From Candidatus Bathyarchaeia archaeon (GTDB lineage: Archaea > Thermoproteota > Bathyarchaeia > Bathyarchaeales > DTEX01), in the NCBI GenBank assembly GCA_038868075.1, contig JAWBXB010000002.1:73769-137768 (forward strand): DNA of 64,000 bases, written 5' to 3'. The translations under genes were made by a program, and so were the position numbers. Of the stretch, positions 1 through 10,315 are shown one piece after another (position 1 is the stretch's first letter; each line of letters starts with the position of its first letter). Under the pieces are notes generated by a model that did not search any database, was not told the DNA's origin, and saw nothing but the letters and a program-made list of their open reading frames with translations.

Positions 1-2
1 AA

Positions 3-1082
3 TCATTAGACCTTGAAATGTATAATGAATCATCCACGGACTCATTTAATGTAGGAATCAATGAGATGCATAAAGAGAAATTTTTTGGCAATTACCTTCG
101 TGGAGTCGTAAATGTCCTCGTTAAGAGGGGATTTGCAGATAAACTTCGGGGCATGGATGTAACAATTAAAAGCAACATACCGATAGGTTCAGGATTAGCC
201 AGCAGCGCAGCGCTTGAGGTCGCCTTCACTGAGCTCTTAAACCATGCCTTTAATCTCGGGCTGAGTAGGAGGGATGTGGCTGAAATATCTTTTGCGGCTG
301 AGAATATAGAGGTTGGTATACCATGTGGTAGACTAGATCAATATGGCGTAGCATTCGGCGGCATAATAAAACTTGAGTGTAGGCCGCCGTTTAATGTTGA
401 AATGCTTCCATTTAAAAATTTAATATTTGCAATCATAGACTCTGGAATCAGACATTCGACGGGTGACATCCATCCAAAAAGGCAGATGGAAATAAATTCT
501 GGTCTAGAAACTTTAATGCGGAGTGAAATTGTTCCTAAAGAATTAAAGGTTAAACTCGGCTATAGATTTGATCAGCCGATATGGGAGAATATAAGCGAGG
601 AGGAGATCGAAGATTATCTCTCAATTTTAAGCATTACTTCGAGAAAAAGAATTTTATTCACCCTTAGAATGCATAGATTAACGATGATGGCACTTAAGGT
701 GCTCAATTTTGAAGAGGTTAATGCGGAAGAGTATATATCACTTTTAGGTGAAGATTCATGGAAAAAGATTCAAGAGGGCCCGAAAAGTGAATTAAGCTAT
801 AGGATAATAGGTGAAATAATGAATGCGCAGCATGCTTTATTAAGGGATTTTTATGATGTAAGTTTACCCAAAATTGAGCGCATATGTGAGGCTGCTTTAG
901 ACTCTGGTGCCTATGGCGCTAAAATATCTGGTGCTGGGATGGGGGGAAGTATAATAGCATTAGTTAAAGATGAAGAGGTTGGGAGAAGGGTTATTGAGGC
1001 ATGCCTATCAGCTGGTGCTAGAAGCGGCTGGGTTTCCAGTATTGGTGAAGGTGTAAGAGTAGAGAAGACAACAAAAATATAA
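3..1082 (+). CDS. GHMP kinase (galactokinase-like), 5'-truncated by the window edge
   Basis: PIGSGLASSAA ATP-binding motif, CGRLDQ, and C-terminal GAYGAKISGAGMGG. The frame is open back to base 3, so the true start is upstream. Confidence 0.8.
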   Translation, partial: SLDLEMYNESSTDSFNVGINEMHKEKFFGNYLRGVVNVLVKRGFADKLRGMDVTIKSNIPIGSGLASSAALEVAFTELLNHAFNLGLSRRDVAEISFAAENIEVGIPCGRLDQYGVAFGGIIKLECRPPFNVEMLPFKNLIFAIIDSGIRHSTGDIHPKRQMEINSGLETLMRSEIVPKELKVKLGYRFDQPIWENISEEEIEDYLSILSITSRKRILFTLRMHRLTMMALKVLNFEEVNAEEYISLLGEDSWKKIQEGPKSELSYRIIGEIMNAQHALLRDFYDVSLPKIERICEAALDSGAYGAKISGAGMGGSIIALVKDEEVGRRVIEACLSAGARSGWVSSIGEGVRVEKTTKI

Positions 1083-1121
1083 GGTTTTAAGAGGGAGTAA
1101 AAGTCATTTTAGGAGAGTAAA

Positions 1122-2294
1122 ATGGTTACAAATCTTCCAGCCGAGGCTAAAGCTAAGTGGGCTGAGGTTGTGGCCTGCCGCTCCATACCCGAAAAAATAA
1201 GACTTATGCGTGAATTTCTCTCATTAGTCCCAAAGCATAAAGGAACGAGCAAACTTATTGCAAATGTTAAGCATAGAATGGCTGAACTTGAGCGTGAACT
1301 TAAAAGATCCAAGACGCATAGAAAAGCTAGCGGTATTGGTTTTGCCATCCCCAAAGAAGGAGCTGGACAAATAGTCATTTTAGGTCCACCTAACGTTGGT
1401 AAAAGTAGCCTACTAGCTTCGGTAACCAATGCTAAACCTGAGATAAGCCCACTTCCATTCACAACCCGTAGGCCTATTCCAGGTATGCTTCAATATGAAG
1501 ATATACAGTTTCAACTTATTGAAGCGCCAGCAATGGTTGAGGGTGCAGCTGAGGGGAGAATGGGTGGTACACAAATTTTAAGTTTGGCGCGTAATGCTGA
1601 TGGTTTAATCCTAATGGTTGATTTATCAAATGACCCAGTGAAGCAGATTACCATGTTATTCTCGGAACTTGAGAGTGCTGGAATATTGGTTGAGAAACCC
1701 GAGGGGGAAGTTGAGATTATTAGGAGGGGTCATGGTGCTGGCATCCAAATTGTAGGTGGTGGTATATTGGTCGACTGTACTCTTGAGAGGGTTAAAGCTT
1801 TACTGAATAGTTATCGAATTACGTCAGCTTTAATTAAAATAACTGGTAGAGTGAGTTTAGATGATATCGAGAACTCATTATTCTCAAATAACGTCTATAA
1901 GCCAACATTAATTATCGCCAATAAATCTGATTCGCAAAATGCTAAGGCAAACCTTATGTTGCTAAAAAATGAGTTAGCGGGGCGTAAAATACCCATTATA
2001 GTGTCCTCGTGTGTAAATAATGAGGGGCTGAAGGATATTGGAGAAGCAATATTCAAGATGTTAAAGGTTGTGAGGGTTTATACAAAGGAGCCGTCATCTA
2101 AAGAGCCATCCAAAAAACCACTTGTAGTTAAAGAGGGAACAAGCGTAATCGAAGTCGCTAAAAAATTGCATAGCGAAATGTACAAAAACTTTAAATATGC
2201 CCGCATTTGGGGGCCAAGTGCGAAGTATCCGGGTGAAAAGGTTGGATCAAATCACATATTAATGGATGGCGATATTGTAGAGATTCACTATTAG
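1122..2294 (+). CDS. DRG/OBG-family GTPase with C-terminal TGS domain (Rbg1-like)
   Basis: GPPNVGKSS P-loop, PFTT, NKSD G4 motif, TGS-like C-terminus ending DGDIVEIH. Confidence 0.9.
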   Translation: MVTNLPAEAKAKWAEVVACRSIPEKIRLMREFLSLVPKHKGTSKLIANVKHRMAELERELKRSKTHRKASGIGFAIPKEGAGQIVILGPPNVGKSSLLASVTNAKPEISPLPFTTRRPIPGMLQYEDIQFQLIEAPAMVEGAAEGRMGGTQILSLARNADGLILMVDLSNDPVKQITMLFSELESAGILVEKPEGEVEIIRRGHGAGIQIVGGGILVDCTLERVKALLNSYRITSALIKITGRVSLDDIENSLFSNNVYKPTLIIANKSDSQNAKANLMLLKNELAGRKIPIIVSSCVNNEGLKDIGEAIFKMLKVVRVYTKEPSSKEPSKKPLVVKEGTSVIEVAKKLHSEMYKNFKYARIWGPSAKYPGEKVGSNHILMDGDIVEIHY

Positions 2295-2665
2295 ACGTAT
2301 TCTAAATTACTTATTGAGATCCCCAAGGACCTTAATATCATTTTACATCCTTCAAATGTAACTTTATCACCAACCATAACCTCTTCTCTCAATGGTTCAA
2401 TTATTAAACCCTTATAAAGCCCAGAGGGGTTCAATATGTAGAATGCTTGGATGACGAAAAGTAATAAATTTAAGTCTCTGCTTGAGAGTCCCTTTTCAAG
2501 GGCTCTGCGTTGAACCTTCGTTAAATAAACCCTTTTACTCAGAGACTCCATTATTCCCTCCTTATCTTCATCCATAACGCTTAGCAAATCATTTAGGGTT
2601 ATTCCCTGCTCTTTTAAATAATCTTTTAGAGCTTTCTTAAGTGGTATATAATCTTCCTCACCCAT
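2291..2665 (-). CDS. Hypothetical protein, 124 aa
   Basis: Fills the gap between flanking genes and overlaps the GTPase stop by 4 nt; no family recognised. Confidence 0.7.
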   Translation of the reverse strand: MGEEDYIPLKKALKDYLKEQGITLNDLLSVMDEDKEGIMESLSKRVYLTKVQRRALEKGLSSRDLNLLLFVIQAFYILNPSGLYKGLIIEPLREEVMVGDKVTFEGCKMILRSLGISISNLEYV

Positions 2666-2751
2666 ATTAACTTATAATATACAAATTTGTGTTGATTAAT
2701 TTTTATAGGAGTAAATGTCAAAAATATATTTAGCTCACTAAAGGTTAAGAT

Positions 2752-3678
2752 TTGATAAGGAGTATGGTCATGTTGGCAGGTTTAGAAGAAACCCGTATTC
2801 GATGCCCAAGCTGTGGTAAAAGTGTTCCAGCAATGAAATACTGCATTTACTGTGGCGCTCAATTACCAACATCTATACCCTCACAGCGTGTTGAGAGACC
2901 ACGTCCACTAGAGGTTCCCCCACCAGTCCCGCCATTAGTTCCTCCGCCTACACAGGCAGCTCAACCAAGTCCAGCTCCTCTAGCGGGGCTTGAGGGTGAG
3001 GTGGTAAGTTTAATGTCTAATATTTCAGCGCTTTATACGAGAAAGGTTGCTCTCTTTAAGCTTTTCCATTCAGGCGAAGTCTCAGAGGGAATATTTCTAA
3101 AGCTTTATAATGAGTATAGTGGTAAGCTAAGTGAACTCCTTAATACTCGTGTTCGTAGACTTGAAGATCTTAGGAGAAGGCTGGATGAGATCAATAGGCG
3201 CTTGAATGAGGTTGCCTTAAGCATTGAGGAATTAAGTGTCCGGCATAAAATTGGCGAAGTCGATTTAAATACTTTCTCACAAAAGTCTGAAAAACTGAAG
3301 ATTGAGCAGAGAGAGCTGGAGAATATTGCCAGGAACATTAGAGTTAATCTTGAGCGGCTTGAGAAGATTCTTGGGGATAAGTCTCCTAATGAAATAAAAG
3401 ATATGGAAAACAGTTTACAGTTAGCATATGAAGCCATAAAGAAGATGGTTGAGGATGGTAAAATCTCAAGCGCCGTGTTGAGCAGCGTTAAGGATGATGT
3501 TGAACAAACAATAGCCTTCTTAGGCTCGCTCATCAGAGATAGAAAGGAAAAGGAAAAGGTTCTAAGGGAAGAGCTTGAAGCTCTACAAGCCCGATATAAG
3601 ATTGGTGAGATAACAATAGAGGAATACGAGAAGAGAAAAAAGGAGCTACAGGAAGAAATCAATAAAGTCTGGTCATAG
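2752..3678 (+). CDS. Double zinc-ribbon, Pro-rich linker and CdvA-like coiled-coil protein
   Basis: CPSCGK...YCIYCG, then a PPPVPP linker, then a long coiled coil with repeated G(E/K)(I/V)...(F/Y) turns. The true start is probably ATG 2764 or 2770. Confidence 0.7.
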   Translation: MIRSMVMLAGLEETRIRCPSCGKSVPAMKYCIYCGAQLPTSIPSQRVERPRPLEVPPPVPPLVPPPTQAAQPSPAPLAGLEGEVVSLMSNISALYTRKVALFKLFHSGEVSEGIFLKLYNEYSGKLSELLNTRVRRLEDLRRRLDEINRRLNEVALSIEELSVRHKIGEVDLNTFSQKSEKLKIEQRELENIARNIRVNLERLEKILGDKSPNEIKDMENSLQLAYEAIKKMVEDGKISSAVLSSVKDDVEQTIAFLGSLIRDRKEKEKVLREELEALQARYKIGEITIEEYEKRKKELQEEINKVWS

Positions 3679-3745
3679 ATTTAGAAACTACTACTTAAAG
3701 TATTAGTTTATAATTCTAGCGAGGAAATTACGAGAGGATACTATT

Positions 3746-5422
3746 GTGGATTTCAGGTCGCTTGTTGAACTCTGTGAAAAGCTTGAGAAGACAGCTAAGC
3801 GCAATTTAATGGTTGAGTCCGTTGCATCTTTTTTGAGAGATTTAAGTGAAGATGAGATTGAGCCAGCTATATCGATGATGCTTGGCAGGGCTTTCCCAAA
3901 GTATGATCCTAGAACCCTAGATGTTAGCTGGGCGACTTTAAGCGGGATAATTAAGCGTTTATCCGGAGTTGATTGGGTAAGCTTTCATTCAGCATTTAGG
4001 AGTACGGGTGATGTTGGTGCGGCAACTCAACTAGTTCTTGAGAATAGAGTTCAAAAGCAATATACTCTTCTTGAAGCCGCGCTCACAATTCTTGAGGTCA
4101 GAAGAATATTTGAGCATATTGCGGAATCTAAGGGTCAGGGGTCTAGGGAGAGAAAAGAAAGACTTATAGAGGCGTTACTTAGTCGAGCCACACCCCTAGA
4201 GGCGAAATATCTCGTTAAAATAATTATTGGTGAAATGAGAACCGGTTTCCAAGAGGGTTTAATGGAGGCAGCTGTTTCAAGGGCTTTCTCGCTCCCCCTA
4301 AAAGAAGTTCAAACAGCTTCTATGTTGACTGGCAATATAGGCGAGGTTGCATATTTATGTAAGAAGTATGGTAAAGAAGGCATCTTAAATCTAGGTTTCA
4401 AAGTTTTTAGGCCGATTAAACCAATGTTGGCTCAGATGGCTGAGAGTCTTAAAGAAGTCTTTGAGGAGCATGGCGGTAGGACTGCGCTAGAGTATAAGTT
4501 TGATGGCGCTAGAATACAAATTCACATGTCAGATTGTGAGGTTAGAATTTTCAGCCGCAGGCTTACAGATGTTACTAAAAGTCTCCCAGAGATAATTGAT
4601 TTAACTCGCAGTGAGATTAAAGCTAAAGAAGCCATATTGGAGGGTGAACTCATAGCTGTTAGTGATGATAAAAAGCCTATGCCCTTCCAACACCTCATGC
4701 GTAGATTTAGGAGAATTCATGAGGTGGATAGAATTGCTGAAGATATTCCGGTTGAATTGTACCTTTTTGATATTCTCTATATTGACGGGAAAAGTCTAAT
4801 TAAAACGCCATATGTTGAGCGGCGGAGAAAGCTTGAAGAAATAGCGGGAAGTATACCCCTAGCGAAACAGATTATAACGAGTGATTTAAATGAAGCTGAA
4901 TCATTTTTAAGAGAAGCCATTAATGAAGGACATGAGGGGTTGATGGCTAAGAGGTTAGATAGCCCATATACTCCAGGTGTTAGGGGTAAACATTGGTTTA
5001 AAATCAAAGAGGTTCTGGCACCGTTAGATCTTGTTATAGTAGCTGCGGAATATGGTTATGGCAGGAGGCATAAATGGCTTTCAGATTATTATTTGGCGGC
5101 AAGGGATGGAGAAAAATTCACAATTATAGGTAAGACCTTTAAAGGATTAACTGATGACGAAATAGCTGAGATGACTGAAGCCCTCAAGAAGATATCTATT
5201 AGAGAGGAGGGGAATAAGGTTATAGTTATGCCTAAGATTGTTGTTGAGGTTGCTTATAACGAGATTCAACGAAGCCCAAAATATGAGTCTGGGATGGCTT
5301 TAAGATTCGCTAGAATAATAAGGATACGTGATGATAAAACGCCTGAAGAAGCCGATACGATAGAAACAGTACGTAAAATATATGAAAGCCAGTTTAAGAG
5401 GAAGGCTAAAATAGATTTTTAG
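3746..5422 (+). CDS. lig: ATP-dependent DNA ligase, second copy
   Basis: Motif I EYKFDGARIQIH, EGELI, EGLMAK, WFKIK, DLVIV, LRFARIIRIRDDK. Confidence 0.95.
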   Translation: MDFRSLVELCEKLEKTAKRNLMVESVASFLRDLSEDEIEPAISMMLGRAFPKYDPRTLDVSWATLSGIIKRLSGVDWVSFHSAFRSTGDVGAATQLVLENRVQKQYTLLEAALTILEVRRIFEHIAESKGQGSRERKERLIEALLSRATPLEAKYLVKIIIGEMRTGFQEGLMEAAVSRAFSLPLKEVQTASMLTGNIGEVAYLCKKYGKEGILNLGFKVFRPIKPMLAQMAESLKEVFEEHGGRTALEYKFDGARIQIHMSDCEVRIFSRRLTDVTKSLPEIIDLTRSEIKAKEAILEGELIAVSDDKKPMPFQHLMRRFRRIHEVDRIAEDIPVELYLFDILYIDGKSLIKTPYVERRRKLEEIAGSIPLAKQIITSDLNEAESFLREAINEGHEGLMAKRLDSPYTPGVRGKHWFKIKEVLAPLDLVIVAAEYGYGRRHKWLSDYYLAARDGEKFTIIGKTFKGLTDDEIAEMTEALKKISIREEGNKVIVMPKIVVEVAYNEIQRSPKYESGMALRFARIIRIRDDKTPEEADTIETVRKIYESQFKRKAKIDF

Positions 5423-5449
5423 GAATGAATTTTCAGGAGATAAGGATTA

Positions 5450-5739
5450 GTGAAGGTTTTTGTGAAAAGATCAGTTATTGATGGGATTTTAAGTTACGCT
5501 AAGATTTATCACCCGAAGGAGAGCATTTCTTCTTTTAAGAGGGAAGGTTAAGAGAGACACTGCTATGATTGAGGAGATTGAGATCCCGCCGCTGAGTATT
5601 CAAGGTGAAGGTTTCTCAACATTTCCATCACATATGCTTCCAATAGAGATCCATATAGATCTGAATCAGACTTGATAATTATTAATGGAAAAGCGAAAGA
5701 TTAAACTATGAAGTTAGTGAGGAATATTATGGGTCATAA
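5450..5739 (+). pseudogene. Mov34/MPN/JAMM metalloprotease pseudogene (frameshifted, catalytic motif deleted)
   Basis: After AGGAGA, GTG 5450 reads VKVFVKRSVIDGILSYAKIYHPKESI. An extra T near 5528 shifts to LLLRGKVKRDTAMIEEIEIPPLSIQGEGFSTFPSHMLPI, which jumps to a C-terminal-like PYRSESDLIIINGK. No HSHP...D motif is present. Confidence 0.75.
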
Positions 5740-5763
5740 TATGTTTAGATGAGGTACTGAAAA

Positions 5764-6378
5764 ATGGATAAGGTGTCTATAATTGCTGAGAGCTTAATGA
5801 GATCTGGAGCGCTGAAGTTTGGCAAATTTGTCTTAAAATCTGGAATCGTAAGCCCATATTATATTGACTTAACGTGGCTTCTCTCATCCCCGCATGATTT
5901 TGAGCGTATCACAGATATTATAGTGGATGAAATGCGGCAGATAGTTTTGGAAAGGAAAATAGATAAATTGGCAACCATCGAGCTTAAGGGCGCGTTAATA
6001 CTTCCTCATGTGGCAAGCATTCTTAAAGTTCCATGCATTATTGTGAGAAAAGAGGCAAAAAGTTACGGTTTAACTGGAAGGATAGTTGGTGGGGAAGTTG
6101 GGAGCGGTGAGCGTTTTCTATTCTTTGATGATGTTATAACTGATGGTAGATCAAAGATTGAGGGGATAAAGCCGATTGAGGATATGGGAGGTAAAGTTGA
6201 TACAATAATGGTCGTGATAGATAGAGAGCAGGGAGGGGTAGGGAATCTTGAATCGATGGGATATAGGGTTAAGGCAATAACATCTATTTCAGAAATTATA
6301 GATAGGCTTTTAGATATGGGGGCAATAGAGAGGGAAGAGGCGGAAAAAATAATGAAGTATGTCAGAGGGAAAGAGTAA
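5764..6378 (+). CDS. pyrE: Orotate phosphoribosyltransferase
   Basis: FVLKSGIVSPYYID, VRKEAKSYG, PRPP-binding FFDDVITDG. Confidence 0.9.
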   Translation: MDKVSIIAESLMRSGALKFGKFVLKSGIVSPYYIDLTWLLSSPHDFERITDIIVDEMRQIVLERKIDKLATIELKGALILPHVASILKVPCIIVRKEAKSYGLTGRIVGGEVGSGERFLFFDDVITDGRSKIEGIKPIEDMGGKVDTIMVVIDREQGGVGNLESMGYRVKAITSISEIIDRLLDMGAIEREEAEKIMKYVRGKE

Positions 6379-6456
6379 GATTATTGTCTCATCCATATCG
6401 ACAAAACTGTTAAATATGTGTTTTATGTGTTTTAATTGCACTCCTAATCTCTGGAG

Positions 6457-7041
6457 GTGAGAAAGGTGCTGGAGAAAGGACCTTATTCTATCAAAATAGC
6501 TGGAGTAGCGGGAATATATCCCTATAGGGTTAAAGTTGAGAGATATCTTAAGGATCTTCGAGATTATTTCCTCAATAAACAATTGGTTGAGAATATTCTT
6601 TCAAGGGGTGTAAACCCGCTAATCTACGTTGTTTATGAGGTAAACCGCAAAGCCGAAGGCGAATTTAATGTTGGATGCACAGTTATTTATCCGGGAAAAA
6701 TAGGTGACGAATACTATTTCACCAAGGGACATTTTCATGCTAAAGAGCCGACAAGCGAAGTTTATATTGGCATAAGTGGCGAGGGCGTGATCTTAATGCA
6801 GGATAGAAGTGGAAACACATTCGCTGAGAATATAGGTCCGGGAACAATTGTTTATATACCGCCTGGCTTCGCCCACCGCTCAGTGAATACCGGTAAGAGT
6901 GAACTTGTGTTCCTAGCAATTTATCCATCTGAAGCAGGGCATGATTATGAAACTATTATGAAAACTGGCTTCGCTAAACTAGTTGTTGAAAAAGATGGAA
7001 GACCAGTTTTAATTAATAACCCAAATTATAGGAGGATGTGA
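6457..7041 (+). CDS. pgiA: Cupin-type archaeal glucose-6-phosphate isomerase
   Basis: TVIYPGKIGDEYYFTKGHFH, EVY, YIPPGFAHRSVNTG, AGHDY. Confidence 0.9.
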   Translation: MRKVLEKGPYSIKIAGVAGIYPYRVKVERYLKDLRDYFLNKQLVENILSRGVNPLIYVVYEVNRKAEGEFNVGCTVIYPGKIGDEYYFTKGHFHAKEPTSEVYIGISGEGVILMQDRSGNTFAENIGPGTIVYIPPGFAHRSVNTGKSELVFLAIYPSEAGHDYETIMKTGFAKLVVEKDGRPVLINNPNYRRM

Positions 7042-7147
7042 AACAGCCTTTCAAATTATTAAGATTTTCACCATTCGTCAAGGCAACCCTAAGATTTTTG
7101 ACCACAAAAGATTAATAAGTTTAAGTATTTCTCTCCTTTGAGAGAGT

Positions 7148-8596
7148 ATGAGTTACATCCTAAAAGAGAATTGTGGTGTAGTAGGAATATTTTCGCTTAG
7201 TGGTCATAATGTAACTCCTCTTCTGGTCAGCTGTCTAGAAGCCTTACAGCATCGAGGACAAGAGTCTTGGGGGGTATCGGTTGCTGGCAATCCAACATTT
7301 AAGAGACCCGGTATAGTGGTTCAATCGGTTGAGACAGAGTATGAGGAAATTTCCAAAATTAATGGTGCCTCTGGAATAGGTCATGTGCGCTATTCAACAA
7401 CTGCCAAATCAACTCTTGAGCACGCTCACCCAATAGATATAGGAAAAAATGTGGATGAATATGGTTTTCGCATAGCGCATAATGGAACCCTCGAAAGGGA
7501 TCTTTTAATCGAGAATCTTAGGGATTTAGGTTTCTCTATACCTTACGGTATGACTGACACGGAGCTTATGGGCATAAGTCTTTACAAGCTTTTGAGGAAT
7601 GGTAAGAGTTGGGTTGAAGCATTTGAAGCATTAAACCCATACTTAAATGGATCATTCTCTCTAGTAATATTAACATCTAAGGGTGAACTTATAGCTGTCA
7701 GAGATGATAGAGGCTTTAGACCCCTATGTCTAGGGTGGCATGAGGAAACATCTTCTTACATAATAGCCTCTGAGAGTTGCGCCTTAGAGGCGGTTGGCGC
7801 ACGCTTTATAAGGGATATTGAGCCTGGTGAAGTAATAATAGTGAATAGTGATGGGCTGAAATCCGAATTTTTTGCACGTGAAAAAAGACATGCCCATTGC
7901 CCATTCGAGTATACTTATTTTGCTCATCCAAGCTCGAAAATAGAGGGGATTACTGTTTATAATGCTCGAAAAAATATTGGGCGTGTTTTAGCGGAGAAAT
8001 ATCCGCTTGAAGGCGACATAGTTATACCTGTTCCAGACTCAGCTAGGCCAGCTGCCCTAGGTTATTCTGAGGAAACTGGTATACCATTTGAGGAAGGGTT
8101 GCTAAAGGATCGCTATAAACGTAAGGGGGGATGGAGAAGCTTTATTGAACCTGAAAAAAGGGAAGCAATAGTTTCAAACATTATCGCCATAAAAGATGTC
8201 ATTGAAGGTAAAAGAGTAGTTCTTATAGATGACAGTATAGTTAGAGGGACTAGCTCAAGAATAATAGTTAGAGATAAGCTTAAGAGTGCCAAGAGTGTTT
8301 CCCTGCTTTTAACTTTCCCGCCAATAATATATCCATGTTACATGGGCATAGATTTTCCAAGTCAAGAGGAACTACTAGTGTATAGAGTATGTGGCACAAA
8401 CATGAATATTAATGAAATTAATGAGGCTGTAGCCAAGCATATAGGCGCATCACTTGTAGGTTATAATGACGTGGAAGGCTTGAGCAAAGGAATAGGTTTA
8501 CCAAAAGATCAAATGTGTTTGGCATGCACAACTGGAGATTACAGTTGCCTAAAATATAAACCAAAATTTAAAACTAGGGAAGAGATGAAGAGATAG
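7148..8596 (+). CDS. purF: Amidophosphoribosyltransferase
   Basis: ENCGVVG N-terminal nucleophile, LQHRGQESWG, GHVRYST, HNG, VPDSA, LIDDSIVRGT, CLAC. Confidence 0.95.
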   Translation: MSYILKENCGVVGIFSLSGHNVTPLLVSCLEALQHRGQESWGVSVAGNPTFKRPGIVVQSVETEYEEISKINGASGIGHVRYSTTAKSTLEHAHPIDIGKNVDEYGFRIAHNGTLERDLLIENLRDLGFSIPYGMTDTELMGISLYKLLRNGKSWVEAFEALNPYLNGSFSLVILTSKGELIAVRDDRGFRPLCLGWHEETSSYIIASESCALEAVGARFIRDIEPGEVIIVNSDGLKSEFFAREKRHAHCPFEYTYFAHPSSKIEGITVYNARKNIGRVLAEKYPLEGDIVIPVPDSARPAALGYSEETGIPFEEGLLKDRYKRKGGWRSFIEPEKREAIVSNIIAIKDVIEGKRVVLIDDSIVRGTSSRIIVRDKLKSAKSVSLLLTFPPIIYPCYMGIDFPSQEELLVYRVCGTNMNINEINEAVAKHIGASLVGYNDVEGLSKGIGLPKDQMCLACTTGDYSCLKYKPKFKTREEMKR

Positions 8597-8617
8597 ATCA
8601 AACTTTGATTAACAGGA

Positions 8618-9199
8618 TTATTGCATATCTTCAACTAAATCTCTTTCTTTAACTTTAGATTTAGATCTTTGCTCCATTTGGTTTTTAACGAGTCTAAGTA
8701 GAACATCACCTTCCTTATCTAGGTCAATTAAGGGCACATTAATCTCGCCTATCTCAGTTCTCTTTTTAGCTATAACCCCCGTGACAGCTAATACTGCCTC
8801 TGTTCCCTCCAGTGTTTTCATAAGATCCCAGTTATTTCTTGCCGTTATTATTTTTGGGATATCTTTTCTTCTAGCCGTGAGTGAGCGTAATCCTTCAATC
8901 AGTATTACATCTATATCTTCATCCCTAAAGAATTTAATTATTCTGTCCAGATCATTCGGACTCATTTCTTTCTTCTTAATTATTACTGTTTCTTTGGGTG
9001 CGAAGGCAACAGTTATTTTTGCTCCCGCATGCATATGTCTCCAGGTATCTGTGCCTTCAGTGTCGATTGAAAAGTCTTGGTGATAAATATGCTTTATTGA
9101 TCCAACTTTATATCCCTCCCTTGTAAGATTTGATGCTAGATATTCAATGGTTGTTGTTTTACCGGATTTACTCACTCCAACAACAGATATTATAAGCAT
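8618..9199 (-). CDS. mobB: Molybdopterin-guanine dinucleotide biosynthesis protein B
   Basis: GVSKSGKTT, IKHIYH, DTEGTDTWRH..AGA, DVILIEG. Confidence 0.85.
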   Translation of the reverse strand: MLIISVVGVSKSGKTTTIEYLASNLTREGYKVGSIKHIYHQDFSIDTEGTDTWRHMHAGAKITVAFAPKETVIIKKKEMSPNDLDRIIKFFRDEDIDVILIEGLRSLTARRKDIPKIITARNNWDLMKTLEGTEAVLAVTGVIAKKRTEIGEINVPLIDLDKEGDVLLRLVKNQMEQRSKSKVKERDLVEDMQ

Positions 9200-9524
9200 G
9201 CTTCCCTCTCCTTTGATAGGAGAATTTATTAAATTCTTTTGTTGAAGAGTATAATATTTGCTTTCCTTCTCATCTCCTTAAGATCTTTTCTAGGTTTGAA
9301 CTGGCATGAAACTATCAAAGTTTAAAAATCTATTATTTATTTTGATTCTCTTTTTCCTTAGAGATCATCAGGCGCTATTAGGAATCCCGTACTTCGGAGC
9401 ACTTTGGCTGGAGCCTAGCCCCCATCATCCCACGCATAACCCCCTAAAATCAAGCGGGATTGTATGGGCAGAATCGAAAGGAGAACAAGAATATAGACTC
9501 TCTTCACATCTTCAATCTCTAGGT

Positions 9525-10199
9525 TTAGTTAAGCAGCTTCTTCTTTGCTCTTTCATACTCCTCCTTAGTTATAACACCTTCATCCAGCAGTCTCTTTAAC
9601 CTCTCAAGCTCATCAATTAGTGTACCAGTAAGAGGTTTTCTCTCAAATGTCCTCTCTAGGAAGGTAGCTATCCTCTGCTGCTGGTAAACCTCACGCCACC
9701 CAGAAATATTCCCTATTAATATTTCACGAACCATATGCGGCTCCCTTACGTCCCAGAATCTCCCGCCCCTCCAAGGCACAAGCCTAGGTGTTGTTCCGCC
9801 TATTATTGCGCCTTTCCCAACACCAGCTCCAATATAGCCGACCTCTAAGCCTGATGATGTCACGAAGGCTACGGAGCCGCAGTTCATGGCTCTGGCGAGT
9901 ATTCCCTGCATGACGTGGACATCCCTTAACTGGTCGAAGGTCAGCTCCCTAGCATAGTTTCCGAAAACCCAGGACTTCTCAATCCTAATAGACTTATCAG
10001 TTATGTAATACGTGTATGCCCTCTTATTGAAGTAATAAAATATGAAGGCGACAAGTGAGAAAGCGACCCAAAGCAAAGTTGGCAACCAATGCACCAGTAA
10101 CAATAGGAGTGAAACTACAGTGAAAGTTATTAAAAACTTGATAATAGTCTTTTTGAGATAAGGTTTTCCCACCCACAAATATGACACAACCGCCACCAA
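9525..10199 (-). CDS. Membrane protein with bacterial PH-like (bPH_2) domain and C-terminal SHOCT domain
   Basis: Two N-terminal TM helices, YYITDKSIRIEK...ARAMNCGSV, and LERLKRLLDEGVITKEEYERAKKKLL. Confidence 0.8.
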   Translation of the reverse strand: MVAVVSYLWVGKPYLKKTIIKFLITFTVVSLLLLLVHWLPTLLWVAFSLVAFIFYYFNKRAYTYYITDKSIRIEKSWVFGNYARELTFDQLRDVHVMQGILARAMNCGSVAFVTSSGLEVGYIGAGVGKGAIIGGTTPRLVPWRGGRFWDVREPHMVREILIGNISGWREVYQQQRIATFLERTFERKPLTGTLIDELERLKRLLDEGVITKEEYERAKKKLLN

Positions 10200-10315
10200 A
10201 AATTATATTAAATGCACGGCTAATTAAATATTTTATTGTTTATTGAACTGAACGCACCCAGTAGGGGTTGCATGCGCCTTTAATACTGCTTGTCTTTCAT
10301 TAAATAAAGGCGATC

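Noticed and set aside
9306-9599. 97-aa + strand ORF and a short hydrophobic minus-strand frame between mobB and the PH-SHOCT gene
   Set aside because: No motif or RBS support; at most an unidentifiable remnant.
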